A DNA stretch of 63,683 nt, the filler included, from Reticulomyxa filosa (Eukaryota > Protista > Foraminifera): assembly GCA_000512085.1 (NCBI GenBank). It is 20 parts of 20 records of this genome, joined end to end, with 100 filler letters (N's around TTAATTAATTAA, not from the genome) between each part and the next. Parts side by side here need not be neighbours in the genome. Positions count along the whole stretch, not along the records: positions 25,302 to 27,400 come from ASPP01039315.1; positions 27,501 to 32,237 come from ASPP01010131.1; positions 32,338 to 34,585 come from ASPP01040858.1; positions 34,686 to 42,245 come from ASPP01006385.1; 16 more parts are not named here. The stretch is one strand, 5' to 3'. Of this stretch, positions 25,202 through 38,965 are shown piece by piece (the first letter of the stretch is position 1; each line of letters starts with the position of its first letter). The position numbers and the translations under genes were made by a program. The notes beneath the pieces are model-generated. The model worked only from the letters and a program-made list of their open reading frames with translations, was not told the origin of the DNA and ran no database searches.

Positions 25202-25352
25202 NNNNNNNNNNNNNNNNNNNNNNNNNNNNNNNNNNNNNNNNNNNNTTAATTAATTAANNNNNNNNNNNNNNNNNNNNNNNNNNNNNNNNNNNNNNNNNNN
25301 NTTTTTTTTTTTGGGGGGGACACTATATCCCCCTTGAAATATGATATAATAG

Positions 25353-25874
25353 CGCTCACACATTGGCTTCGTATCGCAATTGCCACTGCTGTTCAACTCG
25401 TCCATTGCCGACAACGTTCGTGCAGGAAATCCCAATGTCAGCTTGGATGATGTGATTGAGGCATGCAAACTCGCTGACGCACACGAGTTCATTGAAAAGC
25501 TGCCGCAAGGCTATGACACTCTCGTCGGTGCCATGGGTGGATCGTTGAGTGGTGGACAGAGACAACGTCTGAGCATCGCGCGTGCCATTGCCTACAAACC
25601 CAGCATTCTGCTGCTGGACGAAGCCACCAGCGCCTTGGACACCAAGTCCGAAAGGGAAGTCCAAAAGGCATTGGACAACATTGCGTCCAGTCGAAGACAT
25701 ACCATTATTGTCATTGCACACAGGCTGTCCACTATTACGCGAAGCGATTGCATCTGCGTTTTGGTTAATGGCCAACTCGATCAAATTGGAACTCATGACG
25801 ATCTCATGAGTACTGATGGCATGTATTCCACTTTGGTTCGTTCCCAAGAAATCATTTCTGCCAAACAACTTTGA
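25353..25874 (+). CDS. ABCB (MDR/P-glycoprotein-type) transporter nucleotide-binding domain, last exon
   Basis: IGFVSQ Q-loop, LPQGYDTLVG, LSGGQRQR signature, ILLLDEATSALD Walker B/D-loop and IAHRLST H-loop. Confidence 0.95.
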   Translation, partial: RSHIGFVSQLPLLFNSSIADNVRAGNPNVSLDDVIEACKLADAHEFIEKLPQGYDTLVGAMGGSLSGGQRQRLSIARAIAYKPSILLLDEATSALDTKSEREVQKALDNIASSRRHTIIVIAHRLSTITRSDCICVLVNGQLDQIGTHDDLMSTDGMYSTLVRSQEIISAKQL

Positions 25875-26219
25875 ACTTTTTTTTTTTTTTAATTTTGGTG
25901 CTTTCGTTCGTTATTATTACATTACATACAAATTTTTTTTTTCCGATTACAAACTTTCTTTTTATTTTATCAACAAGATCTTATCTCTCTTTAAAGTAAA
26001 GCGAAATCTCCTCCCCCCTAACGGTGCTCGCTTTGCTTTTTTTTTTTCCAATTTTCCTTCTGCTGGTCAATTTAAACAATTATAAAGAATGCTTGAGCAA
26101 AAAATGTTATTATGAATTTTAAGTAAAAATTTTTTAATTGAATCTGAATTGCTTAAAAAATACTAAAATCAAATATTGTCTTTATTTTCGCAATCCTTTT
26201 AACTCACAAACAAATAATT

Positions 26220-27378
26220 TCAGCCCCAAATACGAATACGACCACAAAATGAACCGCAACATAAATTGAAATAATAATCATTATTGCTTGCTGTATTTTC
26301 ATGGATACTATTTTCATCATTTAATGGTAAATATTTAAGACAGATTATCCCACAATCTCCTTTATTTTTTTTGATGATATCCAATTGCTTATTAAATCGA
26401 ACATCCCAAAAACGAATTGTATTATCAAATGATCCAGAACATATTATATCTCTATTACTACCAAATGATAAATACTCAACAGCAGATACAACGCTTGTAT
26501 GTTCGTCAAACATTTGAATTTGCTGATTAGATCGAATATCCCACAAACGAACACTTTGATCAGCTGATCCAGATAATATTATATTTGCACCACCACTAAT
26601 TCTTGATTCATATGGTAAGTATTTTACACACAAAATACTATCTTCATGTCCTTTGAAAACAATGACATCTTTTAAAGATTCAATATCCCATATACGAATA
26701 GTATTGTCATATGAGCCAGAACAAATTGTATATCCATTACCACCAATAATGCCAATACTATTACTTTTGTTATTAATATCATTATTACTTTGTAATGGTG
26801 AAAAATCCACACATGATAAATTATTCATATGTCCATTAAAAACATGTAATGATTTAGATGTTTCGATATCCCATAAACGAATAGTTTTATCAGTTGACCC
26901 AGAGCACAAATATCGACCATTATTAAATGATGAAAATTCAATACATTCAACATCACTAGTATGTCCATCAAACACTTGAAATTGTTTGCAATCTTTGATA
27001 TCCCAAAAACGAATAGTTTTGTCAGCAGATGAAGAACAAATGACATTGCGATGACTATTATTATCATTATAATGATGATATGGTGAAAATCTCACACAAT
27101 TTACATAATCTGAATGTCCATTGAATGATTGAATTTGTTCGTTGGTCTTTATATTCCATAAACAAACTGTATTGTTCTCTGATCCAAAACAAAGTAATTG
27201 ATCATTGTCAAATGCCACATAATCAAAATTTCGAACAGGGCCATTACATTTATCGAATGCCTTTAACAACGTAAAATGAAACAATTTGATATGATGATCT
27301 TCTTTTTGTTCTTCAGTAATATGTTGATTATTTTGATATTTGTTTTGATTCTTTTTTTCAATTTCAATAGACCCAATC
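26220..27378 (-). CDS. WD40-repeat protein, 3' exon
   Basis: About seven GH...SGSxDxTIRxWD repeats with Asn-rich loops. Confidence 0.95.
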
Positions 27379-27500
27379 TATTATTACAAAAAAAAAAAAA
27401 NNNNNNNNNNNNNNNNNNNNNNNNNNNNNNNNNNNNNNNNNNNNTTAATTAATTAANNNNNNNNNNNNNNNNNNNNNNNNNNNNNNNNNNNNNNNNNNNN

Positions 27501-27539
<39 letters not shown>

Positions 27540-28020
27540 CACTTGTCTTCTTTTATTAGAAACTCAACCATGCCAGTGTTCAACAACTCTACGCGATTTA
27601 TGGAATTGACCTCCTCATGTGGTTTGTTGTGCGTTGGGTTTGTGGACAGAGAAGATCGTCTGTCATGTGGAGTGACCTCTTTTGGAAGTCAATTTCAAAC
27701 AATGGTATTCCCCATACATACACATACATACATACACACATGACTCATTGAATACATGGTTTATAAACCATAGGATACTTGTAACAATGTACTGAACGTG
27801 CTTGGACACAGTTGGGCACAATCAAACAAACAAACACAAATTAACTAGTTTGTGCAAAATTTGTCAATGACTCAATTGGTTGAGTCTTTTCAATCAAATG
27901 ATCATGCTCAACAACGTCTTTTGTATCATCATGTGAAAGCACTACAACTGAAAGTAAGTCCGGATTACCACTGTTGGTATTCGAAATAATGTCCTCCTTC
28001 AATCCAGTTGTTTCGCTCAT
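27540..28020 (-). CDS. 5' exons of a hypothetical protein (truncated)
   Basis: MSETTGLKEDIISN... followed by intron-like and exon-like blocks. No domain recognised. Confidence 0.35.
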
Positions 28021-28547
28021 CGCTTTTTTTTTTTGGTTCTTCAAAGATGATCCTTTAATGCCTTCGTACTCCCCAAATGGGGTATTATCTTTCGTCAAAA
28101 CAACCAATAAGACATTTTCCAATCAATAAAACATATTTTCAAAACAAGTATTTTGCCCCAACTATTTAAGCGTTACCTCTTTGATTATAAAAAGGAGATA
28201 ATAAAAATTCAATTTTTTTTTTCAACAAATCGAGCTTCCTTCCAAGAAAATAATTGGCTTTGAGTAGTTGCCGTATTTTGAAGACGTCATCTAAACGATG
28301 GAGTAATACACATTTTTTTTGAGAAAAAAAGTGGTGACGCCAGCCATTAAAATCTTTGGAACAAGAAAATCGAGCAGAGGCCAAATCAATACAAGCGTAA
28401 GTAGCAGCTATCTAGGTGTATTTATTTCTTCAAGCTGTAAGAAAAGACAGTATCAAAACAGCTCGGTTGGCTTGAGGCCAAAAAACAAAGAGTAAACCTC
28501 GGGTGCTTTAAAAAAACAGGAGTGATTTAGATACATTTTTTTTGAAG

Positions 28548-30065
28548 ATGGCCAATTCAGCCAGCAATAAGTTGATTTATTCTGGACTACTTTTTTTAAT
28601 ATGTGGCGCATTATTATTGATTATATCGTTGCCGCTGACGTTTCAAGCTGCTATTGCGTGCTTTTTGGTTGCCTTGAAACTACTACTCCCAATAATGTAC
28701 TCACAAATAAAAGCAGACATATTAGCCCACGGATTATTCTATATGGTACTGCCCAAGCATTGGAATGAACAAATTTACGACTGGTTGTCAAATCACTCCT
28801 TGTTGGATTGGATGGAACGAACAAAAGAGTACGTGTCGCATGACCAAAAATCTTCGAACAAGACGAACTCAGAGGCGCATCCATTTGGTTGGCTCGACTG
28901 TTTTCTCGCTCAAACATTGCCATTGAAACACGATGAGAAAGAGATGATAATGGAGAGATTGCCGCAGCACATGCACGAACTGTTGCAAAACAAGCGTATT
29001 TTACTAGACGTAATGCCACTGCCGTTCCAACAACTCCTTTTTGGAAAAAAAAAGAGTCACATCCAAACGAACGTATCCCAACCACAGTTATTACCAATAG
29101 TAAGCCAAAGTGAGTCCAACCAAGACATATCATCTCTTCCATCCTCATCCATATCAGCAGCAGCATCAGTTTTGACATCACGGCATCGCATGCAAGCTAT
29201 GTCATTACTAACCGGAGAGGAACTCCAAAAACAAGAGTCGGATGAAAAGTTGGAGCCTGTTATGAATGAGTCATTCTTCAAGCAAAAGCGCAAGGATGTT
29301 CCACAAGAAAAAGAAGGAGAAGAAGAAAAAGAAGAAAAAGAAGAAAAAGAAGAAAAAGAAGAAAAAGAGGAAGATGATGAAAAAGAAAATGAAAACAAAG
29401 ATAAAAAAACAATGAAAAAACAAGAAAATACAGGATTTAATGAAATCATGCAAGAGTTTAAAAAAGATGTATGGAAGTATAAACCAGTGTATGGAGCGGA
29501 CGCGGTGCAACAAATGGTGTCATGGAATGCGACGAATGAGCCGATATTTAGTGCGTTGTTTGATAGTCGTATGACAGACTTGACAATTCGAATGACGCGA
29601 TATGTTTGGAGTAAACCTTTCAACAATTTCAATGACTCGCAGTTGATAATGATTGTGTTTGTTGCCAGTGCCATGTTTTCGTGGCAATTTGTTATTGTTA
29701 GTGATCGAAAGATGAAACGGAAAATCATTTCAAATTGGCTCAAACGTGGCTATCACGTTTTATTGTTTTTTGGGGTCTGCTCGTTTATTGAATTGTGCAT
29801 TCGAGAAAGCCTTATACCCTCCATTCCTTATCCGCATTCACACACTCCATCTCTCCCTCGTGACACTCTGATTCGCAAAATTGTTCGATACCTTCGTTTC
29901 AAATTTATGATTGAAAGCGATAAGTACAAAATGTTGTATCGCGCTTATAAAAAAGGCAAGCAAAATCAGCTTACATCCCAAAACACTCCTTTTCGTCCTC
30001 AAACTCCAACACAACGCACACTGATGCCTCAACAAGTTGATGAAGGGAAAGTCCAAGAAAACTGA
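28548..30065 (+). CDS. Intronless hypothetical membrane protein with central Glu/Lys-rich repeat
   Basis: ~505-aa ORF with N-terminal and C-terminal hydrophobic segments and an (EEK)n tract at ~29315-29370. Confidence 0.75.
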   Translation: MANSASNKLIYSGLLFLICGALLLIISLPLTFQAAIACFLVALKLLLPIMYSQIKADILAHGLFYMVLPKHWNEQIYDWLSNHSLLDWMERTKEYVSHDQKSSNKTNSEAHPFGWLDCFLAQTLPLKHDEKEMIMERLPQHMHELLQNKRILLDVMPLPFQQLLFGKKKSHIQTNVSQPQLLPIVSQSESNQDISSLPSSSISAAASVLTSRHRMQAMSLLTGEELQKQESDEKLEPVMNESFFKQKRKDVPQEKEGEEEKEEKEEKEEKEEKEEDDEKENENKDKKTMKKQENTGFNEIMQEFKKDVWKYKPVYGADAVQQMVSWNATNEPIFSALFDSRMTDLTIRMTRYVWSKPFNNFNDSQLIMIVFVASAMFSWQFVIVSDRKMKRKIISNWLKRGYHVLLFFGVCSFIELCIRESLIPSIPYPHSHTPSLPRDTLIRKIVRYLRFKFMIESDKYKMLYRAYKKGKQNQLTSQNTPFRPQTPTQRTLMPQQVDEGKVQEN

Positions 30066-31353
30066 CTTGTTGTTGCTTTTTTTTAATATTGGTTATTGTT
30101 ATTACAAAATAATAATAATAATAACTCCAAAAATTTATTTTTTATTTTAACTGAGATCGTCTAGATGTTTTTCCAATGCTTTGCAAACTGTCAGATTATA
30201 GCTAGGCTCTTCATTCCAAACTCTGGTTACACCATAATTTACAATTCAAAATTTGATGTATTTACCATTAACTGTTCGTTGTTACTCAATATGTTTTCGT
30301 CTTGATTCCAATTTTAGTATTAAGTTTTGCTCGTGTTAAAAAATTCTTGCTTTGTTAATGCAGATCTCTGCTAAGCGTGATACACTTTAAATCTAATTGA
30401 AATTTAATCCTCTGTCAAATGTTGGTGACATTGTATGGTTTTAACAACCTTTTTGGAAAAAAGATGGCAATTTTGCACATATTTACAGCTTCAAACCTAA
30501 AATAACATTACGCCGAGATTTAAAACTTTTTTGTTTGTTTTTTATTCAATTGTAATTTTTCTCATTTATGAACTTGTGCTTGTCATTCAAACAAAGTGTT
30601 CCATTAACTTTCCATTTTCAGAATATGGCATGTAGCATTCTGCTAGATAATCACAAATTGTACTGTTAATAATGATATACTTAAGTATTGTTTCATCTAA
30701 AATAATTTTTTTTGTTTTTATTATTTGCAAATTTTGATCTTTTGGCTATAATTTATATGTAATTTTGGATTTTTTAAAGTAATTGTTAAGTACACATTAT
30801 TGTTTTCATTATTATTATTTAAAGCATATATTTCTTTTATATATAATTCTTTGTATCGTATTATTATTCATGCTATAAACTAGATATCTGCAATTTACTC
30901 ATTTATTAAAATAATTTTTGATAATGTGAAAATGTATTACTAGCAAGAACTTTTGTTGTACAACAAGGTGTATGTATCAAAATATGCTGTCGTATTGATT
31001 AAAAAAGAACTAAATAGAAATTATTTTTGAGCAAATGTATTACATTTACTTGAGAAGACGAGCATTTTAAAATGGAATGCTTAAAACTTGCTAGCCTGCA
31101 AAGTGATTTGCAGATATTGTTGTTTTTTCCTGTGCGAGCTGGATTCGTTAAAAAATTGGAAAATATCTGAAATAAGAATAGATTAAGAGCTAAAAATGTA
31201 AACAATCAAGTCTTTTTAAAAGTGCACGAAGCATGTTTTGAACGCCAATTTTTTATCTCAATGCAACTTACACATGGTCAAATCCCATAAAACAATTGGA
31301 TTTCAAAAGTGGAAAAAATGTAAATGAATAGAGTATGAAAAGAAGTTAAAAAT

Positions 31354-31659
31354 CTAATCACTATCTACGTACTGAACGCCGTGATCGTACTTAATTTGCA
31401 CCTCGTGTTCAGTGTACTCTCTTCCTTTCATGTTTACAGTGACCCGAATTATGGACTGACCGAAATAAAAGCGAACATAAAATATGTCTTTCTGAGCATC
31501 AAAGTCGGATGGATATGGGATATCCAACCTCCCTAAAAAATCGCATCCAGTGGTGACCCCTGGATCCCTTTCTTCGCTACTGTATATCAAGATGACGGCA
31601 TTTTTTTTATTTTTGTTGCGTTTCGAGTATATTTCTTCGACCATCTATATCAAACAAAC

Positions 31660-31691
<32 letters not shown>

Positions 31692-32237
31692 ATAATAGTG
31701 TAACACGTAATAAATAATAATAACAATGGCAATGTCTAATCTAAACTTTATTGACTTTCACTTCGTCGCCTTTGTTGACAAACACATTGAAACAACGATC
31801 GACGTACTCCTTATTGTTAATATCCGAAATGAACCTGTGTTTGTGGATATGTTCCTCGGTGATTTTCTTGTTGAGACGAGCCTCCATAATGGGTAAGCCG
31901 CAGCATGCACCGTACGTGCGCTTGACAAACCGAGACGTAATGAAAGAGGAGGCTCTGCCCAATTGAGTAGCTCCTTCGATAACGGCCAAGATGGGTCTTT
32001 GGGATTTCAAAACAGTGTATTTTCCTTGATAGTGCTCTTCGAGTTTGTGTTGCAAATAGCGAGACTGATTAAACCCACCGACCAAACATAAGTACTTTAA
32101 TTTCTCACTCAACATGCGCTCGTTCTTATGTAGCACTTCATCCATTTGTTTGAGTATCGGATCAATTCTTAGATCGAACAGTTTCATCCACAGTTTGCAA
32201 GAAAGTGACAAATCTGCACCGTCATACGAATGTCTAT
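31354..32237 (-). CDS. HSPA12-like atypical Hsp70, 3' exons
   Basis: YLCLVGGFNQSRYLQ..PILAVIEGA..ITSRFVKRTYG are hallmark HSPA12 motifs. Last exon has IYSSEERDP..CDFLG..VRFYFG. Confidence 0.85.
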
Positions 32238-33419
32238 NNNNNNNNNNNNNNNNNNNNNNNNNNNNNNNNNNNNNNNNNNNNTTAATTAATTAANNNNNNN
32301 NNNNNNNNNNNNNNNNNNNNNNNNNNNNNNNNNNNNNGTTTAAAAAGGGACAACACGAAACTCTATTTTTATAAAGTGGTTGACATTACTGAACATCTTT
32401 ATTTATTTTTAATTTTCTAATAAGGCAAATGAAAGCTACAGCAAAAATTTAATCTCTTGCTTTTTTTTTTGGGAATACCTTGTGAATAACAATAAAGACA
32501 ATAATTTGTAAATAACATTTGTTTAACATAAATAACAAAACGAATACAAGTGTAATTTGTAAATGTCTATTTTAAATTCCTTATTATTTTCATTTTCTTA
32601 AAAGGGTACTTTGCAAATAGATTAATTGTTGAAACGAAGATTTGAATAGTTAGTTTAACTCTATTACTTGTTCTTTCAAGTGGTCATTTGTTTGTTTTTC
32701 GAATCTGTAGGCTCAGATGTTCTCCAAAGAGAAAATTTAAAAATAAATGACTCAATTTTTCTTTTTAACAAAACTGCAGAAGTAAGCAATTATTGTCAAC
32801 AGAGTAATTCAGCTGTGAAATTTTCAATAGACACAAAGAATAAACAATTGAATTGCACAAGTTTTACTACTCAGAAGTCAGCAAGGTAAAAAAGAACAAG
32901 GAATAATTGTAATTGGTTTTTGTGCACTTGCATTGTTTTAAATAGAAAATCTTCATAAAAGAAACTAAAAAAAAGAGTTTTTTGTTGACAGAATTTCAAC
33001 TTCAAAAATTTTGTTGAAGTTTCGATTGCCAATTATTAATATAAAAAAAAAGAAGCAAGCAAAGGAAGAAAGCGCAAAAGATGAGTAAAGACTGAAGAGC
33101 ATTGTCTACAATTATTTCTTAAAACAATAACAACTCTTGTCCAATTTAATCAAGTGACATTAAATGCAATTTTAAAGGAAAATTAAAAATTTAAATAATC
33201 ATTTAATAAATGAATGCAATTTGAGACAAATGTAGCACCAAGCAGATATTGAAATAATAAAAAAAGTTTTAATGATAAAGAAAAACAATAATTAAATCAT
33301 TGGAAGAAAAGAATTCCAAATTACTCAAGATTATCAATAATTATTTCAAAAATTAAATCTTTCAAAAGATAATCTTATGAACCTTATATTTTATTATCAA
33401 CTATCAATTTTAATCCGTA

Positions 33420-33720
33420 TCGTTCATCATCCAATGCATTCACTGAACGTACTAATTGTGTAAATAATATTGACTATTCAATTCATTTGTTCTGGATCAG
33501 ATGATAAAACAGTTCGTGTATGTGATGTTGATAACAACAAACAAACTAAATTATTCAATGGACATTCAAATTATGTGAATTATGTAAAATTTTTGCCATA
33601 TCATTATTAAAATAATTTTTTTTGAATATTCAATCAAATAAGAATGAATTGTATGTGATCAAAGGAAACAATAGAATAAGATATTTTAAATTTATATCAT
33701 TGAAAAGAAAGTAAAGAGAA
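33420..33720 (+). pseudogene. Decayed WD40-family fragment
   Basis: FICSGSDDKTVRVCDVDNNKQTKLFNGHSNYVNYVKF flanked by stops and frameshifts; resembles the WD40 gene at 26220. Confidence 0.7.
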
Positions 33721-34193
33721 TTTTTATGATCTAAGAAAAAGAAAAGGTCACTGAACTGTTTGCAGCTTGCCTGCAAATCAAATTAATAAAATGACTAATT
33801 TGTTCTGGAGTGTTCAATTGCAACATCCAATTTTTGTCAAAGCATTGTTAACCAAAAAAAACTAGAGATGCTTTAGTTTCAACAAATCTTTATTTTTTTG
33901 TCTGTTTTCATCTTATGTTTTTTTCTTTTGCTTTAGTTTGTTTCGTTGAAGGTAATTAGTTCATTGGATCATAATTCAATTTTATAATAAAATATTTTCA
34001 TAATTTATTGTTCTTAATATAATTATAAAAAGTTAAAATTCATTTTCTTTTTTTTTTGTCATTAAGAAAAAATACAGATATTATAAAATTCTATTTTTTA
34101 AAGTCCCTTTATTGAACTTGAAAAAAAAAGTAAAAATTTTCCATTTTACGTCATTGAAGACTATCCAAGCAAAAAAATAAAAGAAGTTGCAAA

Positions 34194-34585
34194 ATGACAG
34201 CTCTTATCAATCATGAACAAACTTTAACTCAACAAGTGGTAACTTTTATTCCAAATTTCTAAAAAGTTGGTTGTCTTCAAGTTTTTATTATATTTACTGA
34301 ATGATGCTTGTCACTGAATTAGCAAGAGAAAAACGAAATCCAAATCATTATCCAGCATTGGATTCGAATATTACACATTAAATTTGGATTGATAAATGAT
34401 TTCGATAAACTGATTGTCAATTATGTTACGTTTTTTTTATTCTTGTCTTTCATTTAATTACAACAAAATAAACAAATATATTTGTTACTTTTTATCATTA
34501 CTGTTACACAGACAACTGCATTTTTATATTTGACACATTTTGCTCATCATCCAAATTAATCAATACATTCAATGGACATACAAAC
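34194..34585 (+). pseudogene. 5' exons of a WD40-family gene with conserved IIQHWIRIL leader; frameshifted and truncated
   Basis: MTALINHEQTLTQQ | EIQIIIQHWIRILHIKFG..DFDKLIVNY | FIFDTFCSSSKLINTFNGHT (start of the first WD repeat). Paralog at 52790-53121. Confidence 0.65.
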
Positions 34586-34695
34586 NNNNNNNNNNNNNNN
34601 NNNNNNNNNNNNNNNNNNNNNNNNNNNNNTTAATTAATTAANNNNNNNNNNNNNNNNNNNNNNNNNNNNNNNNNNNNNNNNNNNNTATATTATAT

Positions 34696-34730
<35 letters not shown>

Positions 34731-34799
34731 ATGCATTATATAATATGGCTTTACATTTGATTACTTATTCCAAACAGAAACAAAAACGAAAAAAAACAC

Positions 34800-35836
34800 C
34801 AACTTTTGCAAAACACGTGCCCACATTCTCCTTTGAACATTTTATGTGTTGGTCTTTCGACAGTGCAAATTGGACAAGGTTCTTTTGGGCCAGTGTATCG
34901 TTGGTCTTCCTCGTCTTCCTTTTCCTCTTGCAGTTTTTTCTCTGCCTCTTTTTCTTCTTGCGATTTGTTGTCGGACGTATTGACATTGCTCCCTGCGTTG
35001 CCATTGTCGTTATCATTTTCACTTTTGGTTTCATGGAGAGTGGCATTTGCATCTGCATCTGCATCTGCGTTCTGCATTTGCAGTTTCTATTGTCGTTGCA
35101 GTGGCATTTGTAGGGATATTTGTTTCGACTTCTATTGCAGTAGTATTGGATAGTACATTTGTCATTGCATTGTTTTGGGGTCTGGGTTGTATTTCGTCGT
35201 CAATGGCTGGATGGACTTGTTGCAAGGGCATCACATCTACTATTTGCGATACTTCCTCGATTTCGATCAAATTCTCTTCTTCTTCTGTTGTTTCTGGTTT
35301 GCTGTCCTTCACTTCGTTGTTGGTTATTATGTCCATTGATTTGTTATCCTTGCTATCTCGTGCTGCCTCCTCATTCGCGGGTTCGTTGTTTTCGCTCAAA
35401 TTGTTGTTTACTATGTAGTTGAAACAATCTTCCCAAGAAAATGCTTCCGGGTTTCCATTGTTCTCATTTAGCAGTGCAATATATGCCGTTTCTGCCACAT
35501 GCGCGTTGAAACCCATCTTTTTTAAAAAAAAAAAAAACTACAAATAGAAACAGAAAATAATAATTATGATAAATATAAAAAATAAAATAAAATAAACACC
35601 TCTGATGCTCTTATCATGTATTCCTCTCTGGGACGATTAGACTTGCGATTGGTAAACACTTGGGTTGAAGGTGGGTTTTCTGTTAGAGTTTGGCTGACGG
35701 AGAGTGATGCTTTGCGGTGAAGTCCTGGCACACTTTTGGCCGACGACCATTGGTCATTAAGTGGGTTTACTACGTCATCACCATTCACAGCACTTAGAGG
35801 GGCTTGGATCAACCCTGATTCAAGATCTATAGACAT
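34800..35836 (-). CDS. UBA-like + C3HC4 RING protein, probable RBR-type E3 ubiquitin ligase (3' truncated)
   Basis: MGFNAHVAETA (UBA MGF motif), acidic linker, then CPICTVERPTHKMFKGECGHVFCKS followed by a donor. One frameshift near 35070. IBR not visible. Confidence 0.7.
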
Positions 35837-36527
35837 GTTTCTATTCAAGATTCAAAAATTTTAATGGTTTAGTTTTATCACAGCTGTAAATAAAAGGAAA
35901 GATTCACACTCTTGTTGTCACTTTTTTTCTTTGTACAATCCAAAGTATTGAAAGGCCTTGTTTGTGTACTTCACTAATTTTTGAGCTTATTTGTGGTATT
36001 TTCTCTATTTCCATTCATCATAACCAGACATACAATGCAGAAGAAAAAAACAAAATATAACATCAATAAACACATAAATTCACAATGACACATTTCAGTC
36101 CAAATACTCTAAACAAGTTTTCTGTTCAGAAAGGTATTTACTGCAGTGGTGCAGGTAAAAATTGACAATAAATAACTTCAAAGTAGAACATTATTTCGAC
36201 ATAAATATTCACAATCCATTCAACTTGAACCAAAACAATTTTGCTCACGTAGAGAAATATAATAAAAGCTAGTGTATATCAGTAAATAGCCTGTGATATA
36301 TATCTCTAGCTGCAATAATCACTGTAGCATTAACATATTCTTCAGATAAGTAAATTTTTCACTTAGAAAGATTTAAGAAAAATTAAGAAAATATTATTTA
36401 ATACCACAATATTGTAAAGTTGCAGTCAATGTAATGAAAAGGTAGTTATTTGTGACTTGCTCCTCCTTTTGAGGCTTTCAAAAGTTTGTGTATTGAAAGA
36501 TGGCAAAAACAAATCAATAGATCCCCA

Positions 36528-38901
36528 AATGCCGTCAAAGCGTGGAAATTTAAAACGTGGTCGGTTTCATTCCTTTCACAAGTTGAAAGATAACGAGCAC
36601 TATTCAAACAGTCAAAGTTCTTTTCAGTTTAATTCATCTCCCTCCGCAAATCAAAGCGAAAATAATTTTTTGAACTTGAAATGGACTCCAATGGATTTGA
36701 GCCACGAAGCAAATCACAGAGGCGTTGACACGCGATTGGATTTTCAGCTATTTGGATTGAATGGATTTGGCACCTCAACTGTTCTCGTGGTAGTGGTGTT
36801 TTTGGTATTTGGCTCCGTGTATACGTGGTTTGTAGCCAAATCGATTGACGACAGTCAAGTTAACAAATACCAGCACTAACAATATGACAACAACATAATC
36901 CAAAAAAAAAGGGTTACAAATTTTTATGGTATTTTTCACCGCGAAAGCGCGTGTTTCTGTTTGTTCGTTGCATTTTTTTTTATTGTTGTGTATATGTATA
37001 CGTGGCATTGAGACACAGTGGTCCACAAATGAAAAAGAGAGTAGCTGTGAAGTGAGTGCAAAGATGAACGATGGCAAAAATATTGACACAAACAATAAGA
37101 ATAGTGCCAGTGACAATGATAATACTCAGAATGCCAACAAAGATAAAAACAAAGAAAATGAAGGGAAGCCCCGGACTCCAAAGGAAACAAACAGAACAGA
37201 AGAAAAGAGTGATAAATTTGAAAAACAGCCAAACGATAATGAAATAGAGAGTGACAGTACATTGGCATTTGAAAAAGAAAAAGAAAAAGAAAAAGAAAAG
37301 GATGAGTTGCAAAAAGTGGACTTAAAAAAAAAAAGTGGACAGATAAAAAACAAAAAAAAGAGCCCAATGAAGAAACTGACCTCAAAAGACGAATATGAAA
37401 ATGACAACACCAATGGCAAGGACAAGCATGTACAAATGGCGAATGAAAATGGCAACACGAAGCAGAAACAGGGAAAAAAAGACCAAAAAAAAAGAAAGAA
37501 GCCGTGGTAATGAGCGTATCATCGACAATAGGGACGACTATGATGAAGAGAACTCTCAATGAGAAAAGAAAAAAGGAGGGACTACACCGCGACGTGAATG
37601 AAGTGAACAACGACGAAAAGGAGCACAGCCCTTTGCAAAAAAATTGGAGTGCAAATCCGCAGAATGAAGATAACAGCAACAGAGACCAAGACAAAGAAAA
37701 ATATAAAGAAAAAGAAGAAACAGTAATAAAAGATGTTATTCAGACCGACATGAGATCAAGTGTCGGTTCACAACGAAAGCGACATCATAAGAAAAGAGAG
37801 AACAAAAGCATGATCCTAACAAGCAGCGACGAGACGGACAAAGACAAGGACAAACAGCAAACAAGAGACAACAGCGACGTTTGCAACAACAGACGCAATT
37901 CCTCTAATGCGACAAACAAGAGGTCTAAAATTCGAATTCGTCAAAGCACAACGACGATCCATACGAACCATCGCCGTGTGTTATCATTGGATGGAATCGA
38001 CAATACAACTCATTCTGTCCACATGTCCCCCTTATCCGTCCATTGCGTGTCGGTGAGAAACACATTGCAAACACTCACCGTTTCCACCTTGCAATGTGAA
38101 GAAGGAGCCACTGTGGTCGTCGATCGCTCCCTCCTTCTCCGCACACAGAGTTGATACATTCACTGTACTTTTGTCCTTATATATTACTTGTAGTTGTATA
38201 CGTGTATGTATACATAAACTATTCGCTCTCCTTCTCTCCTTTTCGAATCGAGTGTAGCAAGCCAAACACCAAACACCAATGAACTTGGCGAAGAGCAACT
38301 ATCGCAAAAAATGGACGAAACATGCAGTGTACATTCCATAAGCAATTTGCAAATTGATATCCATGGCAATAGTGTCGGTGTGGCGAGTCCGCTGTCCTCT
38401 GTTCTCACTGAAACTATAGCCGCAGAGGGGCTCTCTCCACTCACTCCTGTGTCCATCACCCTTCTCCTCTTAAGTTTTGTTTTTTTTTTTTTTTTTGAAA
38501 GTTTATATTGAAAAGTGAGTGCTCTCAATCTTTCGTCATTTCAAAAAAAAATAAATGATGAATTCGAAAGAAGTACGAAAGCCTCCAATTCGAAGCAAAA
38601 CGAAGCTCGACAGCACTGACACAAGTCCACCTGCGGAGTTGCATCCTACAGGAACAAAGAGCAATCTCGATGTAACTGCGAAGGTGGCCTCCACAAACGA
38701 GAATTCCTGTGATTGGCAGCCAGAGCTGAAATCCCAAATGCAGGGTAAAACAGAGACGGATACAGACACAAGTATAGCCACAGACAAGGACATGCCTTTA
38801 TGCGTCTCCGATAAGTGTGCAAATGATCCAAGGTTGGATGACGTATCTACTGTTCACATCTGTTTTTCTTTTTCATTTGATAAACAAATTAATAATAATA
38901 C

Positions 38902-38965
<64 letters not shown>

